64,000 bases of DNA, from the NCBI GenBank assembly GCA_951406725.2, contig OX597818.1:105152001-105216000 (forward strand), given 5' to 3'. This DNA comes from Octopus vulgaris. Lineage: Eukaryota. The notes beneath the pieces are model-generated. The model made no database searches. It saw nothing but the letters and a program-made list of their open reading frames with translations, and had not been told where the DNA came from. Shown here piece by piece: positions 35,974 to 49,422 of this stretch (positions are counted from its first letter, which is position 1; each line of letters opens with the position of its first letter). The position numbers and the translations under genes were made by a program.

Positions 35974-37564
35974 GTAAGTTTTTTTGTTTGTTTCAACTTT
36001 GTTGTAGTGTTAGTTGGATCTCATGCCTTTGGTTTGATATCCAACATAAAGTATTTAATCTACAGTACTAATGTCTGTATCACATTAGTACTTCCAATCT
36101 GTTGATAGGTACACTCGCTCATCGGTAAATCCATGAGATCAAAACAGAGATTCTATAAATATTTAGGATTCTCAAAGATATTCATTGAAACCTATTCAAT
36201 TTTGCAGTACAAAACCTGCATCAAGATGTAGCATTAAAATATCTTCACGTAGATTATAATATGATCTACTATAAATACTAAATCAAATTAGTTTAAATTT
36301 ATTCCGAAATACACGTGCCAGTTAATTTTTGTTGTCTTTTTTTTTCTCCCCATCCTAATTATGTTTCAATCATTGGTATTAAATGGAATGACATTGATCT
36401 GTGTTCTGAATTGGTATTTCCCAGACGTTATTAATATTACTTCATATCAAGATATGTAAAGTTAAATTGCATTATATACAAGGTTGAAACTCAGTCTGCT
36501 TGCTGAGTTAAGATACTGGACAAATGATAAAGATTAACATTTTTGTTTTTTATTCACTCTACCAGAAAATTTGAAGAGTGCTACTTTCAATGTTAAAGAC
36601 ATAAAAATTTGTACTATTACAAAAACAGCTAATTTGAAAGGAAAAAAAGTTGTATTTAAAAATTCGTACATAATGTATTAGGTTGAAAACTGCAACCTAT
36701 GACTTCCAAGATATTTAAACATGTCATAAACCATGCCATAAATTTGAATAATAATTCTGAGAATGTAATTTCCATGTAGGCTAATGAGGGGGAAACGGTG
36801 TTGTGCATCCTGTTTATGTATAACTAACATATCACAAATTAATTATAAAAGGCTTAAAAGTATATTCAACAAAAATAACATGTTATATGCTTAAAAAATG
36901 TTGGATGTAAAAACAAAATAACTCATAAGTTCATATCTACTACAATTGTTTCATTGTATCTTAGAACAGGACACTTGTGTATCTACCAAGCTATTGGGAA
37001 ATGTTCCTTCAATTAGAAGGGTATCCTACCTAAAGGAGAATGTCAACATTTGTCTTTTGTATGGGATATGAAAATGTCTTACCAGATTTTCTATTTACAA
37101 ACTAAATTCTAAGCATGTGTGTTTTACATACGCTTTACTATTCTAGATTTTGTTGGTGGTGTACAAAATCAATTATTTGTCAATAGTTATTGTAGTAGGA
37201 GCCTGTTTTGGTTTATGACAGATCAGGTTCAGAATGGAAATAATGTGTTAGCACTTAGGTTATCTGCAACAAAGAAGGTGAAAGCTTTACTCGTTATTAA
37301 ATCTTATTACGATTGTCTATAGAGAGTGTGGATTTTATGAGAAAGGAAGTTCAAAATCTTCAGTGATCATCATCATCATATGTCCATTGTGCATGCTGGC
37401 ATGAGTTGAATGGTTTGGCAAGAGCTGGCAAGCTAAGGAGCTGCACCAAGTTTCATTTATCTGTTTTGGCATGGTTTCTACAACTGGATGCCCTTCCTAA
37501 TGCCAACCACTTTACAGAGTATACTGGTTGCTTCTTACATGGCACCACAAAAAAAGGAAATATA

Positions 37565-37667
37565 CAGGGTGTCCCAGAAGTCGTGCACCATTCTGGTTTT
37601 CGTTAAAAATAATTGAGGTGTATTTTTTTAAAAAACCAGGATGGTGTACGACTTCTGGGACACACTG
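37565..37667. mobile_element. 103-bp Tc1/mariner MITE
   Basis: TA-flanked TIR cagggtgtcccagaagtcgtgcacca / tggtgtacgacttctgggacacactg. Confidence 0.85.
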
Positions 37668-38149
37668 TATATATTGGATTATTCTGGGGAAAAATTTGCT
37701 GAAGTTTCATTGGTAATCTGTTAGCTAGGACAAAGAACTTAAAATAAGGATTATCAGGGTTAAAAAAAAAACCTACTACAACAGAAAATTATGAGCAAGT
37801 TTTTTCAAGAATAGTAGAATGAAAATATTAGGAATGTAAGCATTAAAAATTGTGTTGAAGCCAATAGATGGCATAAAATCTTGACATTTTTAATCTACTT
37901 TATTTATTTTTTTTTAAACCTTTTAGTTTTGATAATTAATTTTCAAAATATTCCTCTATTAGTTTCCTTTTTTATTTTTGATTTCTAGCAAATTCCTAAT
38001 TCATATTGATTATTGGTATTAATTCTTGCTGCCTGAATGTTTATAGTTTAAGACATTAGGAATTTGCTTGTATTGAATAGTTGTGTATACATGCATTGTT
38101 CTACATGATATTTATAGAGATTTTTTTTAAATTATAGAACCTCATCAAA

Positions 38150-38289
38150 ATGGTTGTTGAAGGAGGCAGTTCCCGTTATAGTCCTTCCACGGGTATGACG
38201 GCAAAAGAACTGTGTGAAAATGATGATCTTGCAACTAGTTTGATACTTGACCCATATCTTGGATTTATTACTCACAAGATGAATACCAA
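38150..38289 (+). CDS. KMT5B: Suv4-20/KMT5B(C) histone H4K20 methyltransferase, coding exon 1 (ATG at 38150)
   Basis: Acceptor ttatag|aac at 38137/38138, start context tcaaaATGg. Translates [46 protein letters not shown], the conserved Suv4-20 N-terminal motif. Donor aa|gtaagt, phase 2. Confidence 0.95.
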
Positions 38290-41200
38290 GTAAGTTTGAT
38301 TTTCAAATTGTTTCTTTAATAATAAGTACCAGAAATATATTCATGTTTTTAAATAATTATGCCTCAACCATAAATCAGCATTCAAATTATATTTATGCTG
38401 CCATATGTACACTGTTCCAGCTGCACAATGGCTACTTGAATTAACGTATGTGTGTGCATAATATTGTAATACTAGTGAGCTGGTAAATCTCCAGATATAT
38501 TGTTTCAGCCATTAGACTGCAGCCATGCTGGGGCACTGCCTATGCTAAAATATTTGGCTGCGAGTGTAGTCTGCAGGAATTGATTGTTTTTCCACAGGTT
38601 GGACACAACCAATTCATTGAGGATAATTATTTGATAAATAAATCCTTATTAGTGAGTGCTTGGTCACTTCTAGAAGATAAAAGATAAAGACAGTTCTGAT
38701 TAGATTTAAAACATTGAAATTGGGAACAAAATTAAATATACCAGTACATTTTAAACAATATATGACTGCTTCTACCAATTCTTGACTTGATAATGGAAAT
38801 AGAAAAGATCATTCCTGAATTTTCCAGCAAACTAAAACTGATTTTTTCCTTGGATCTGTTTCTAATTATTTGAACTAGATTGATTGTGTGCATGTTCCTG
38901 CTGGGAATGTTAATATGTTGGAGATTCCTGAAATCAAGCTGTTCATTTGAGAAGACTTATATTGTTTAACTTAGCTGAAATTTTGTATTGAATGATTTAA
39001 AAAAAAAAAACTTGCTGTAATTCTTACTCCAATAATTTCTTGATAATTATATTTTAAAAAGCATCTTTTTGTTAGAACAGAAAATTAATTCAATAATATT
39101 AATGAAAATTCATTCAAACATAAAAATTGAAATTTCTTTATTGTTATACATTATACTTAACATTAATCACCAAACTCACATAATTGAAGAATGATTTCTT
39201 AATTCAAGTTCAATGTATTACTGCTACTTTATCAATCTGTTAGTTCTAGAATGATAAAAGGCAAAGTTGGCTTTGAGTGAATATGAATACAAAATTTTTA
39301 AGTTGAATAATATTATTTAATATATATCTTTCTTTATGTTATTGCAACCGATCTGATACGTTTTGAAATGTTGATAGGATCACAGTTATATATATATATG
39401 GTTTTATTTACTTAAGTTTAAATGATTTATATACAAATTCTTTAGACTTGTAGCTGAGCTGCCAAGCACTCACAAAAGATGCGGTAATATTGTGAACAGA
39501 ACACTCACTGCATTAATACAGCTATATCATTTAAAAATAATGTTTTAAATATAGTTGGTAATTTCCATTCATTGTAATCTGTTTTGGTGTTTAGATAAAA
39601 GATGCTGAAAGTTGAAAAGTTTTTTCCACCATACTGCTGGTGACAATATTTTCTCTTTCTACCAAATGATAAATGCAATGAGATTGATTATTCATGAGCC
39701 ACTGCAAGTGGTAATTTTGATGCTTAACTCCAGATTCACCCATATCTGCTACACATTCCTTACAGCTATATGTACTGAAATGTGTTTCATTTTCAGAGCA
39801 CAATAAAACTACAATACTAAAAACGAATTTGTGGCGATATTCGTTGGTCATTTACACTACATATATAGCTAACAGTATTTTATGCTTGATTTTGTGCTCT
39901 GTAAATTCATATTTAATTCTAGTTTCTCAAACCAACCCCAGTCGGTTTTGTTTTTCTTTTGTTAAGCAAGATTAAATATATGCAATATTTATCAATCTGT
40001 TGTAGTTGGGTTATCTTACTCGAGGTACAAGAAAATCAGAAAGGATATAAAGGGAGATAAGAATAACGTAGAGGGAGATAATTACACCAATAGTTATAGA
40101 GAAGGTAATCTAGTGTGATAGCTTTTTCATGAAACGAAAAGGAACAGTAATTTAAGAACAAATAAAATGAAGGAAACAGTGTGAAGAGTATGGTTATCGC
40201 AACCCTGTTGACCTAAATATTGGAGGATAATAGATAGGTAATTATTTTGCTAAATATATATAGTTGTTTCATTGCTTCAGATTAATGTTCTGAACACGGA
40301 AAATATAGAAGGAATTTATTTGTATTTAAGGAAACTAATCTGTGCAGGAGATCAACCATCTGCAGCATAAATGATCTTGTTAATTTCTAGAATATATCAT
40401 GAAATATGAATATTTACACTCCTCATGAAACAATTCTGCACATTGTTAACATTTACGTATTTAGAAATATTAATGATAATGTAAATTAGTTTAGAATTAC
40501 AAATGTGTATGTCTCTACATTTTGTCCATGTAGGAACGGTCATCCATGTCGTATATTCTTTCATTTTACAATTCTTTGTCATTATTTAACACCCAACATC
40601 CTGAGATCGACCTACTACTTTCTACAATCTATTCACATGCAATAAGACAATGTTTAGTTGCATCACATATTTAAACTGGAACAGCCACCTCACTTGTGAC
40701 AAAAGCTGATGACCTATTGTACATTCAGTGTGTTGCACATGGTTTAAGTTTGTTTTGTAACTAGATGGTTTCAAGTTCAATCTCACTTCTCCTGTAGTCT
40801 CGGATTGACCACCAAACAAAAGTTGTCTGGGAGCTTTTTGGTAAGATAGTATGTGTTGGGTGGTATTTAACTTGTCACTTGGTCTGACATCACTACTAGA
40901 CCTTTGGATTCTCTTAAAGTACTCAACTCTTTTGAAAGTATTTGCCCCTGAATTTAGGAAAACTTCCTGTCAGTCTTGGAGGCCAAGAAAAGAGTCATGC
41001 CTGTGTCCCCTTCATCATCATCGTTTAGATTCCGTTTTCCATGCTAGCATGGGTTGGACGGTTCTACTGGGGTTTGTGAAGCCAGAAGGCTTCATCAGGC
41101 CCAGTCAGATCTGGGCCTGACTGGGCCTGATGAAGCCTTCTGGCTTCACAGACCCCCTCACTATTAAATGTTACTTCTATATAGCTTTGAAACTTGTCTG

Positions 41201-43099
41201 TTTTCTCAGTGTCATACTTGTTAAATCATTTCATATATTACATTTTGCATGCAGGGAAACACTTTATTATCAACACTCATGCAAATACAGCTAGAAGTTT
41301 CAAAAATAAGTTTTCATCATTTCCTTAACTAGAATTTCCACAACATCTCTCTCTCTCTCTCTCTAAAATCACTTGTCATACTGGCATGTACTTTTCTATG
41401 CTTGGATAGGTTGGGCAAAATTCACTGAGTCAGATTTTTTTTTTATGTATGGAAGTCCTTCATATCACCACTACTTCATTCTGAAGTGCAAAAAGAAGGC
41501 TACTCACACACATCATATAAAGCAACTCTTCTATATTTTTAAATATTTAATATTACTGTTATTATTCATCATTCATCATTTATGAATAGAAAAGTACATG
41601 CCAAAATGACAAGTGATTTTCAAGATTAACAGGAGAGTGAGAGATGTTGTGGAAGATGATGATGATGATATTCACTGCTATCTAAAGTATAGATCTGTGT
41701 TACCATAACACAATTTCTAAGAAATTTTTAAGTAAAGCGTTTTAAGAGCCAAAAATGTTTAGATAGAATTAATTTCAACTGATAATCTTCCCTTTTAGAA
41801 AAATATTCTGTTCAATTATTTCTGCTTATTGTCTGATAGTTGTAAAAGTGTGTCATCATAATACAAGCAGTGTCATTCATCTTCAATCTTCTGTGAAAAG
41901 CTTTATGGCCATGAAGAAATATTACCTTGTTTGTAAACCAGTAGAGGGTTGACAAGAAGAAGGGTATCCAGCCATAGAAAATCTTTAGTGTGTTCCATTC
42001 CATGCAAACATCCAAGAATGGATTTTAAAATGAATTATTTTGTTTTTTCATTTGATACCTCATTATAGTATTGCTTTTCTCCTTGCTTGCATGAATTGGG
42101 TAGGTCTAGCACAACAAAAATGGGAAATGAATTTTCATTACTATTTCTTTGAAACAAAATATTTTGCTACAAAATAGGCATAGTCATGGTTGTGTGGTAA
42201 GAAGCTTGCTTCCCAACCACATGATTCTGGGTTCAAAGAAGCCCGTCATGTGTGTGTGTGTAATGTATGTATATATTTGTGTGTGTGTGTCCCGCCTCAT
42301 CGCTTGACAACCAATGTTGGTGTGTTTACGTTCCTGCAACTTAGCAGTTCAGCAGAAGAGACCGATAGAATAAGCACCAGGCTTACAAAGAATAAGTCCA
42401 GAGTGCGATTTCTTCGATTAAAAGGCAGTGCTCCAGCATGACAACAGTCAATTGACTGAAGTAAAAGAATATAGTAAGAATCACAGAAATGCGTAGACAA
42501 ATAATTGTTATATGAAAATTCAGCTGAAAACTGCAAAGCAAATTTTAGTGTTGTAGATAGACAATAATATATTTAATCATATTACTTATAACCCCTTCCA
42601 AGATTCTGAACACACTTTCATAATTTTTTTTTATGCTGGTTTGATTGCTTGATAACAACTTGATTAAATATGTTATATAAGTAGTTCTTAAAAAGTTCAG
42701 CTTTACCTTTTATTCAATCCTGTAAGTACTTCTGGGATTTAAAACAGTAATCATGGATTCTGTTTGGCTATTTAAAATATTTCCATTTTACTTTATAGAA
42801 AGAATATTACCAAATTTGATAAGTAATGCTCAACATGTGGCTTTTTAAATTCTAAATAGTTTTAACATTCATTTGAAGGGCTAACATATTTTAGTATACA
42901 TTTCATTGGATGTTCTCTGAATGTGTATTTAACTTTTCAGTATAGTAATATATGTGATTTATTTTTCTTCTATTATCAAAAAACAAAGCTGAAAGAAATG
43001 TAGACAGTGAACTTTTTTCTCCTTAATGTTATGCTTAAGTCAGGAGGAAAAGGCTGTATCTGTTGCTTTTGAAAGCCCATCAGAAGTGATAAGATTAAT

Positions 43100-44850
43100 G
43101 CCATTGATATTCAGCTTAGACATCCATAAATTGATGCATTTGGTAAGGAAAATCTAGGGAGGGAAGACCAATACACAATTGTTGGTGCATCCTTAGAAAG
43201 AGTATGACTGACAAGAAGAGATGGGTGTGTTGCTTGGTCTTTGGAGGAATGAGTTTGCAGTGAACTATCTTCAAAGAACACACATTATTGTAGTTGCTCT
43301 AGAAAATTGTCTATTGCAGAGCTTGAAGTTTATTGGTAAATGAGTCTTTTTGTCATCCAGTTTTCAATCTAAACTGTGACAGTATAATCCTCAGTGTGGA
43401 AGCTGTATCTCATTCTAGATCTCATTTGGGTTTTGTAGTCATCAACTTTTAGGAGCTGAAATATTTTCTGGCCCTAAAGAATGAGGTTAGTCTCAGTTGC
43501 AGTTTTAGCTTATGTATGTGAGGTCGACTGTGATGATCATTAGTAAATGTGATATTTTGAATTTGCATGTTGTTTATAACTTGAAAGGATGATTTTTTTT
43601 CCCCCTTGATGTATGCGGTTGTTTCCTCGATGTTTTTGTACTATTTAAGGAACCAATATTACCATGTCTCAGAGAACTTTTTGAAAACATTGTTCATGGA
43701 AGTAGTGCAAATTTTATACAAAGTTGTCTACATTGTATATGGATAACACCAGTATGTGCACACTTTGAATAGTGAAGAGTGGTACATCTTTAAAGTGAGC
43801 ATTGGTAAAGGTGATAACGTGTAAGTTGTAAGTGTACAGGTGTAAGAATGGGTGACATAACCAATCACTGGGACACCCCAGAATTTATAGTCAGTGTGAT
43901 AAGACCCCTGTCAGCTCACATTGTGATGGTACTTCTGACTCAAGATGAGAGATGCATGAGGCCCACAGGTAAATAGCTTATTCAAGAAATTATCATGCCA
44001 GACATGGTCAGATTACATTATTCACTACATTTCTTAAGAACAAGTGACTGATTCGGGATGTGGGATGCTTATTAATGTTACTGAGAAGGTAAAAGTGCTG
44101 AATGAGTTTGAAAAGGTATTTAACTGCTATCACTTTAAGATGTTGGAATTGAGAAAAATAGGTTGGTAGCTAGTAGGGCCAGAGAGGTTGCCTCTTTTAG
44201 GAACAAGATGGACTGTAGTAGGTTTCCAAAGATTGGTATAGATCTCTGGAGAAAGATTGAAGAGCTTGGCAAAGATAAGGGCTAGCTCTGAGGCACATTT
44301 TTCAAGAATAGCATTGTCAGAGCTGGGCACTATTTGAAGTTTTCAAACTTAACTATGTATTTGTATTTAGGTGTCAGATTGGTTAGGTAGTTTTGTTGCA
44401 TTTCAAAAGCAGACAGTAAATTAGTTTTTCTCAGCAGAGAGCCTTCATAATTTGGGAATGCTTGGATAGAAGGGTTACCCCAAAAATTCTGCAATGCATA
44501 AAGCATTTTCTGCTTTTGGGAGTAAAAACAATCCTGTTTGTAAAAACTTTTTTTTCTTTATTGCACACATAGACTATGTTCTTGTACTGCTGCATTGCAG
44601 CTGTGTAAACATTTCAGAAATTTAATTTTGTAGACCTTGATTGTGTGAGGGATGTGAAAGGATATACCCAAAAGGATGGTTTCATTAAGCTGCTTAGCAG
44701 TCTTGGAGTATGGGACATTTTGTTGCCAAGGATAGTTAGCATTGAATTGGTGAAGCTCTGACCAGTTAACTGAGTTGTATTGGCATTGGGGTTGGAGTGG
44801 AGTGATGTAACTGATTATGCTGTGATTTGTCAATTTGGTAAGAGCAGAAA
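43100..44850 (-). mobile_element. Highly decayed CR1/Zenon-like LINE RT fragment in intron 1
   Basis: Remnants LEKCASELALIFAKLFNLS..WK..VHLVPKRG..SYQPI, D.VWH..LNKL and GVSQ*LVMSP. Confidence 0.55.
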
Positions 44851-45475
44851 TTATTAAAGTTTGATGAGGACTTAGGAGTGTCTGTGTTAGAGATGTGTGG
44901 GTGATAATATATTAACTGCTGCAGAGGATTCAAAATTGCAAAAGATTTAACTTCTTGTAGCATTTGCATTGTGGGTATGTGAATAAAGTGTGCATGCATA
45001 GAAATATATAGTGTGTGTGTGTGTGTGTGCATGCACTATAGGTTTTACACACCCTCCAAAAAAATAATACATGTTATTACACTTATTCATTCATTCATTC
45101 AAAAGTAAATAAAGTTTTACTCCAAACCTACTTCAAATTTCCGTTACTTGCTTTGTCATGAAGAACATGCAAGAAATGGAAACTTAGAATACCGACAGTG
45201 TTGCATATTGTCTTTGAACAAAATCGTATATCTTAAAGTTTGGAAAATTGATCTATTAGAACATTTTCACAAACTCAGAAATTAGAGTACAGTTACTGGA
45301 GGTTATTGAAATTTAATTTATTTGAATATCCTATTTTAACAGTGAATTTGATTTTCTCTTTAGGGTGTTATAAAATCTCTTCCACTAGTAATTTAGTGGA
45401 ATTTTTTAATCTCTTTTAACAATATTTTATAAGTGAATTTTCTTATTTCTAACTTCTGTTTTTAATTTTTATTAG

Positions 45476-45641
45476 GCACAAGCCATTAAGAGGCCGTCAA
45501 GAAGAACTAACTGCCCTAGTGGAAAAATTTATGAAAGATCAATGTTATGAAGATTCTTATGCAAAGTTTCTATGTGAAGATGTAGTTAGGAATTTTCTTA
45601 TTGGCAAATCTAAAGAAAACCGTAGAATTTTCCGGGAGCAT
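45476..45641 (+). CDS. KMT5B: Suv4-20/KMT5B coding exon 2
   Basis: T-rich tract plus ttag|g acceptor. Reads (K)HKPLRGRQEELTALVEKFMKDQCYEDSYAKFLCEDVVRNFLIGKSKENRRIFREH, then donor gtaagt. Phase 2 in and phase 0 out fit the neighbouring exons. Confidence 0.9.
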
Positions 45642-48217
45642 GTAAGTATTGACTATTTCAATTACCTAAATATTTATGCTGTCTTACAATTAATGGTACT
45701 TTTAGCTGTAGTTAGCCAAGTGAAGGTATCAATTCCTTCCAAGAAAATAGAAACATCTTTTTTAAATTAAACATTATTATTGGATGTATAAATTATAGTA
45801 TTCACTTTCTCTTTAGACATTATGCAGTTCTCAATACTCTAGTTATTAAACACTTACTTGAAGATATTGTATTATTCATAAATTTTGTCATTGATATTCT
45901 ATAATATAATGAAATTATTGTATACAGTGCTCAGGTGCACCACAAAAAAAGAAATCTCGCGAGACGGTACAATCTGTTGTACCTCTGAGATTTTAGTCTT
46001 TATATTTTCATCTACTTGTCAGTTGATTGGTTAATTTAAAAGGATTATTGTAACTGGAAAATGCTACTGTAATTAAAGTGAAATATGTAATAATAAAAAA
46101 AACTGTATTGATATATTTTGAAGAATAACACAAGATACATTTGTGGGCAGATATGTATAAGATACTAGTTAGAGCCCCATGTTCTACCATTAAATAGAAA
46201 ATTGGAAATCAGAACAACCAAAAATACTAGCCATGCAAAGTAATGAACCTTGACCCAAGATTACAATGAATTGATGTAAATTTTTCAAGTTTTTACATTG
46301 TGATCCAGTTCTTTTTCTTAGCCAAATTATTTCCATGGAGTTGCACTCCTGTCCAGAATAAATGTTCTGTAGTTTAATATTTTGGGGGATTTTTGAAAAA
46401 TCTTCATGTGGTCATATTTGTTGAACAGGGTTTAATACTTCTCAGGCTAGATATTTTTATTTCCATTATTAAAAATTTTTTTCATTTTCAGCTTCTGTCT
46501 CCCATTATCACAAGTTTCATGAAACTTTTCTATCTTATATTGTTTCATAATCTGATTTCTTTGATTTATTTTAGAATAGCAATTTTGTAATGCTTGTTCA
46601 TCTACAACTGGTATTTGCTTACCTTAGATTTTTGGACTTTATCATGTGTGTATATTATATACACACATCTGTTTTTATTGTGGGACTACATTTTTCCAGT
46701 GTGTCCTTATTCAAAGTTATGATGTTAAGGAAATCTGGCTGTTATATCTAGCAGAATGTACATCCTTGTAAGATGCTATCTGTCATTGATTCAAAGTAAA
46801 CTTAGCTATTCTTATGCAGTCTCAGATCAGTTGCTCAGAAATTATAATGAAAGACATTTCAGTCATAATTATTTTATCATTTGTATTAGCAACCATATAA
46901 CTTTTGAGTGCTGGATTTCTGAAAATTTAGGGCTGCTATTTTCAGATAGTTGTTTCCCAAACATGACAGGAATATCGTAAAAGTGTTTGATTTGAAGAAA
47001 GTTTGCAAATATATACTACTTATAAATTATGAGGTCATTCTCAGTTGAAATAGCTTTGGAGAGTGTTAAACTGAAGATCTAAAAGTCTCTTGTTTAATCT
47101 TAGGAATCAACATGTTGAGTTTCTGTTTTGTTCTTGTAATTATTATTAATCAAAATTAAGTAATTTGACTGACTTAATTAGGAAAGGGGTCTTAGTCATA
47201 CCTACATCCCAAATGTATTATCATCATAGATTTTTTTCTTTTAGCTCTATTGCAACAGAATTGTGAAATTCCAAACAAATATTGTCAGCATAAGTAGTCA
47301 ACTGCTAAATGCTTAATCAGTTCATGAACCACTGATATGTTCAAAGTCAAAGAGCATACATTCATACCTTTTTAATCATGAGCACTTCTATCTTGTTGAT
47401 TGCTTAACATTAAACCATTCTCTTGAGTTTAGCACATTTTCATAGCATCAGCAACAAGAACAATAGTTTCTAAGGTTATGTTCCCAGTTAAAGTAGAAGT
47501 TAACCTTGCAGGGCTCTATGGCAGATTTTGCTATCACCCACCCTTTGTTCTCATTTCCACCTACATCATCTTTAACCATATTTTTTTCAGTCTTTTTCTA
47601 CTTTCCACATTCATTTACATCATTTTCTCAACCAGTCAATTTCGTGACTCACTTGTACTACTGGTCAGTGCCTTCATCATTCCTACATTCCGTATCCCAC
47701 TATCTTTTATAGTTTCTACAAAAGACATCAAGCACTTGGCCATCATAATTAGGCTGAATTCTTCACTTGCTTCAACCAAATTTCTATTTTAAGTTTTAAT
47801 GAGACAGGAAGGAAACTTTGTCGATATTTAATCATATGCATGTTGGGAGCTTTCTGGTGTGCCAACCATTTTAGTCAACTCCTACAACACAAGAATACAT
47901 CATACTTAATCTAAGCTGTGATGTACATTATGTACATTTTCTTGCATTGTTATCAGTCTCAATTAGCTCATACAATTTAATGCAAACATAAAGAGCAATT
48001 GGCTCAATATCCTAGTTTGCTGCTCTGATTTCAAATCATTTATTTAATGATAGAAACTAGTACTAATAGTTCTGTTTGTGTCAGTTACTTTCCTTTTTCT
48101 ACTGATTTTAGTTGCAATTATACTATATGTGATGAAGAATGACATTTTTGTTACTCTTGCAAACTTTTATCATATACTTTAGAAATTAAGATTGCTTTGT
48201 TTTTATAATTCTTTTAG

Positions 48218-48330
48218 GTATATAGATATCTAAGAATGTTTGATAAAGATGCTGGATTCAAGTTGATACCTTGTTATCGATATAAATGTGATGGACAGGT
48301 TGGTGGGAAAATTTGTTCTACAAGGAAATG
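48218..48330 (+). CDS. KMT5B: Suv4-20/KMT5B coding exon 3 (start of SET domain)
   Basis: Acceptor cttttag|gta. Reads VYRYLRMFDKDAGFKLIPCYRYKCDGQVGGKICSTRK(W). Donor tg|gtgagt. Confidence 0.93.
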
Positions 48331-49235
48331 GTGAGTTAATTTCTATTTTCTAATAAACAAATTGATCTTTTACATTATACCAGAAATTTTATAATCAGAT
48401 TACTGTTTGTATGTTCACTAGAACATTCCATAAAAAATATCTTTCTGGAGACTAGCAATTTTAGTTATAAGACTAAAATTTAACCCCATAACATTGGTGT
48501 AAATTTATATGCGCTGTGTACTCTCTTTGAATCAGATGAAAATATATGCAGCTTTATCTGCTGCAGTTGTGTACCGGTTGATATAAATATTTGCTATCAC
48601 TCAGAATTGATAATAGCGGCCACTGTGCAAATTTCAAGGAATCTGATTGGTTTGTCAGACTCTTCATGCAAATATTTCTAACTCAGTTCGAGACTTCATC
48701 ACCATAATAGTATAAAAGCAGAAGTTTTGGCGTTTACACCATTTCTGCTATGATTTCCTATCAAATTTGTACACATTCAGCAAATTCTTCTGGTCCTTCA
48801 CAGAATTTACAGTTGCATCCAGCTTCCCCAGTTTCGTTGAATTTATGGTCCTTGCAGTGATGACAATTTACATAAATAAACAGTGCATGCTTTAAAGTGG
48901 TTGACATAAATATATGCAGAGCCGTTCTATGCTAATTGCTAATCTCAGCCAAGATGATTACCCGTCAGTGCACCCTAGTTGCCTGATAAAAAAATTTGTC
49001 ATGGAATTAAAAGAATGTTTAAAAAACTTCTTTTTTTTTTTTTCACTTTTATTTTCAGTTGCTTTAATTATATTTTGATCACTCATGTTAAATTTTGTTG
49101 TTCTGCTTAAGTAAACTAATTAGACTATGTTAATGATGTGTGTTGAAGTCTTTATTAATCATGTGTCATTATATACAATTATTATTCTGTATGATCTTTG
49201 GTTGATTAAGGTAGTTTTTATATGATTTATTGTAG

Positions 49236-49422
49236 GCGGAAACAAAATCGAGTTCCCATGCTAGTTGGTTGTATTGCTGAATTGACTAAACTTGAAGAAG
49301 AACAACTATTGAAACCTGGTCTAAATGATTTTAGTGTTATGTTTTCTTGTCGCAAGAACTGTGCTCAATTATGGTTGGGCCCTGCATCTTTTATTAACCA
49401 TGATTGCAGACCTAATTGTAAG
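49236..49422 (+). CDS. KMT5B: Suv4-20/KMT5B coding exon 4 (SET core)
   Basis: Acceptor tgtag|g. Reads [62 protein letters not shown], containing the Suv4-20 signature [17 protein letters not shown]. Donor aag|gtaact. Confidence 0.97.

Noticed and set aside
41127-41150. ctgatga-agcc ttct ggct as a hammerhead
   Set aside because: A stem II is possible, but it is followed by UCAC rather than GAAA; it is part of the SINE fold-back.
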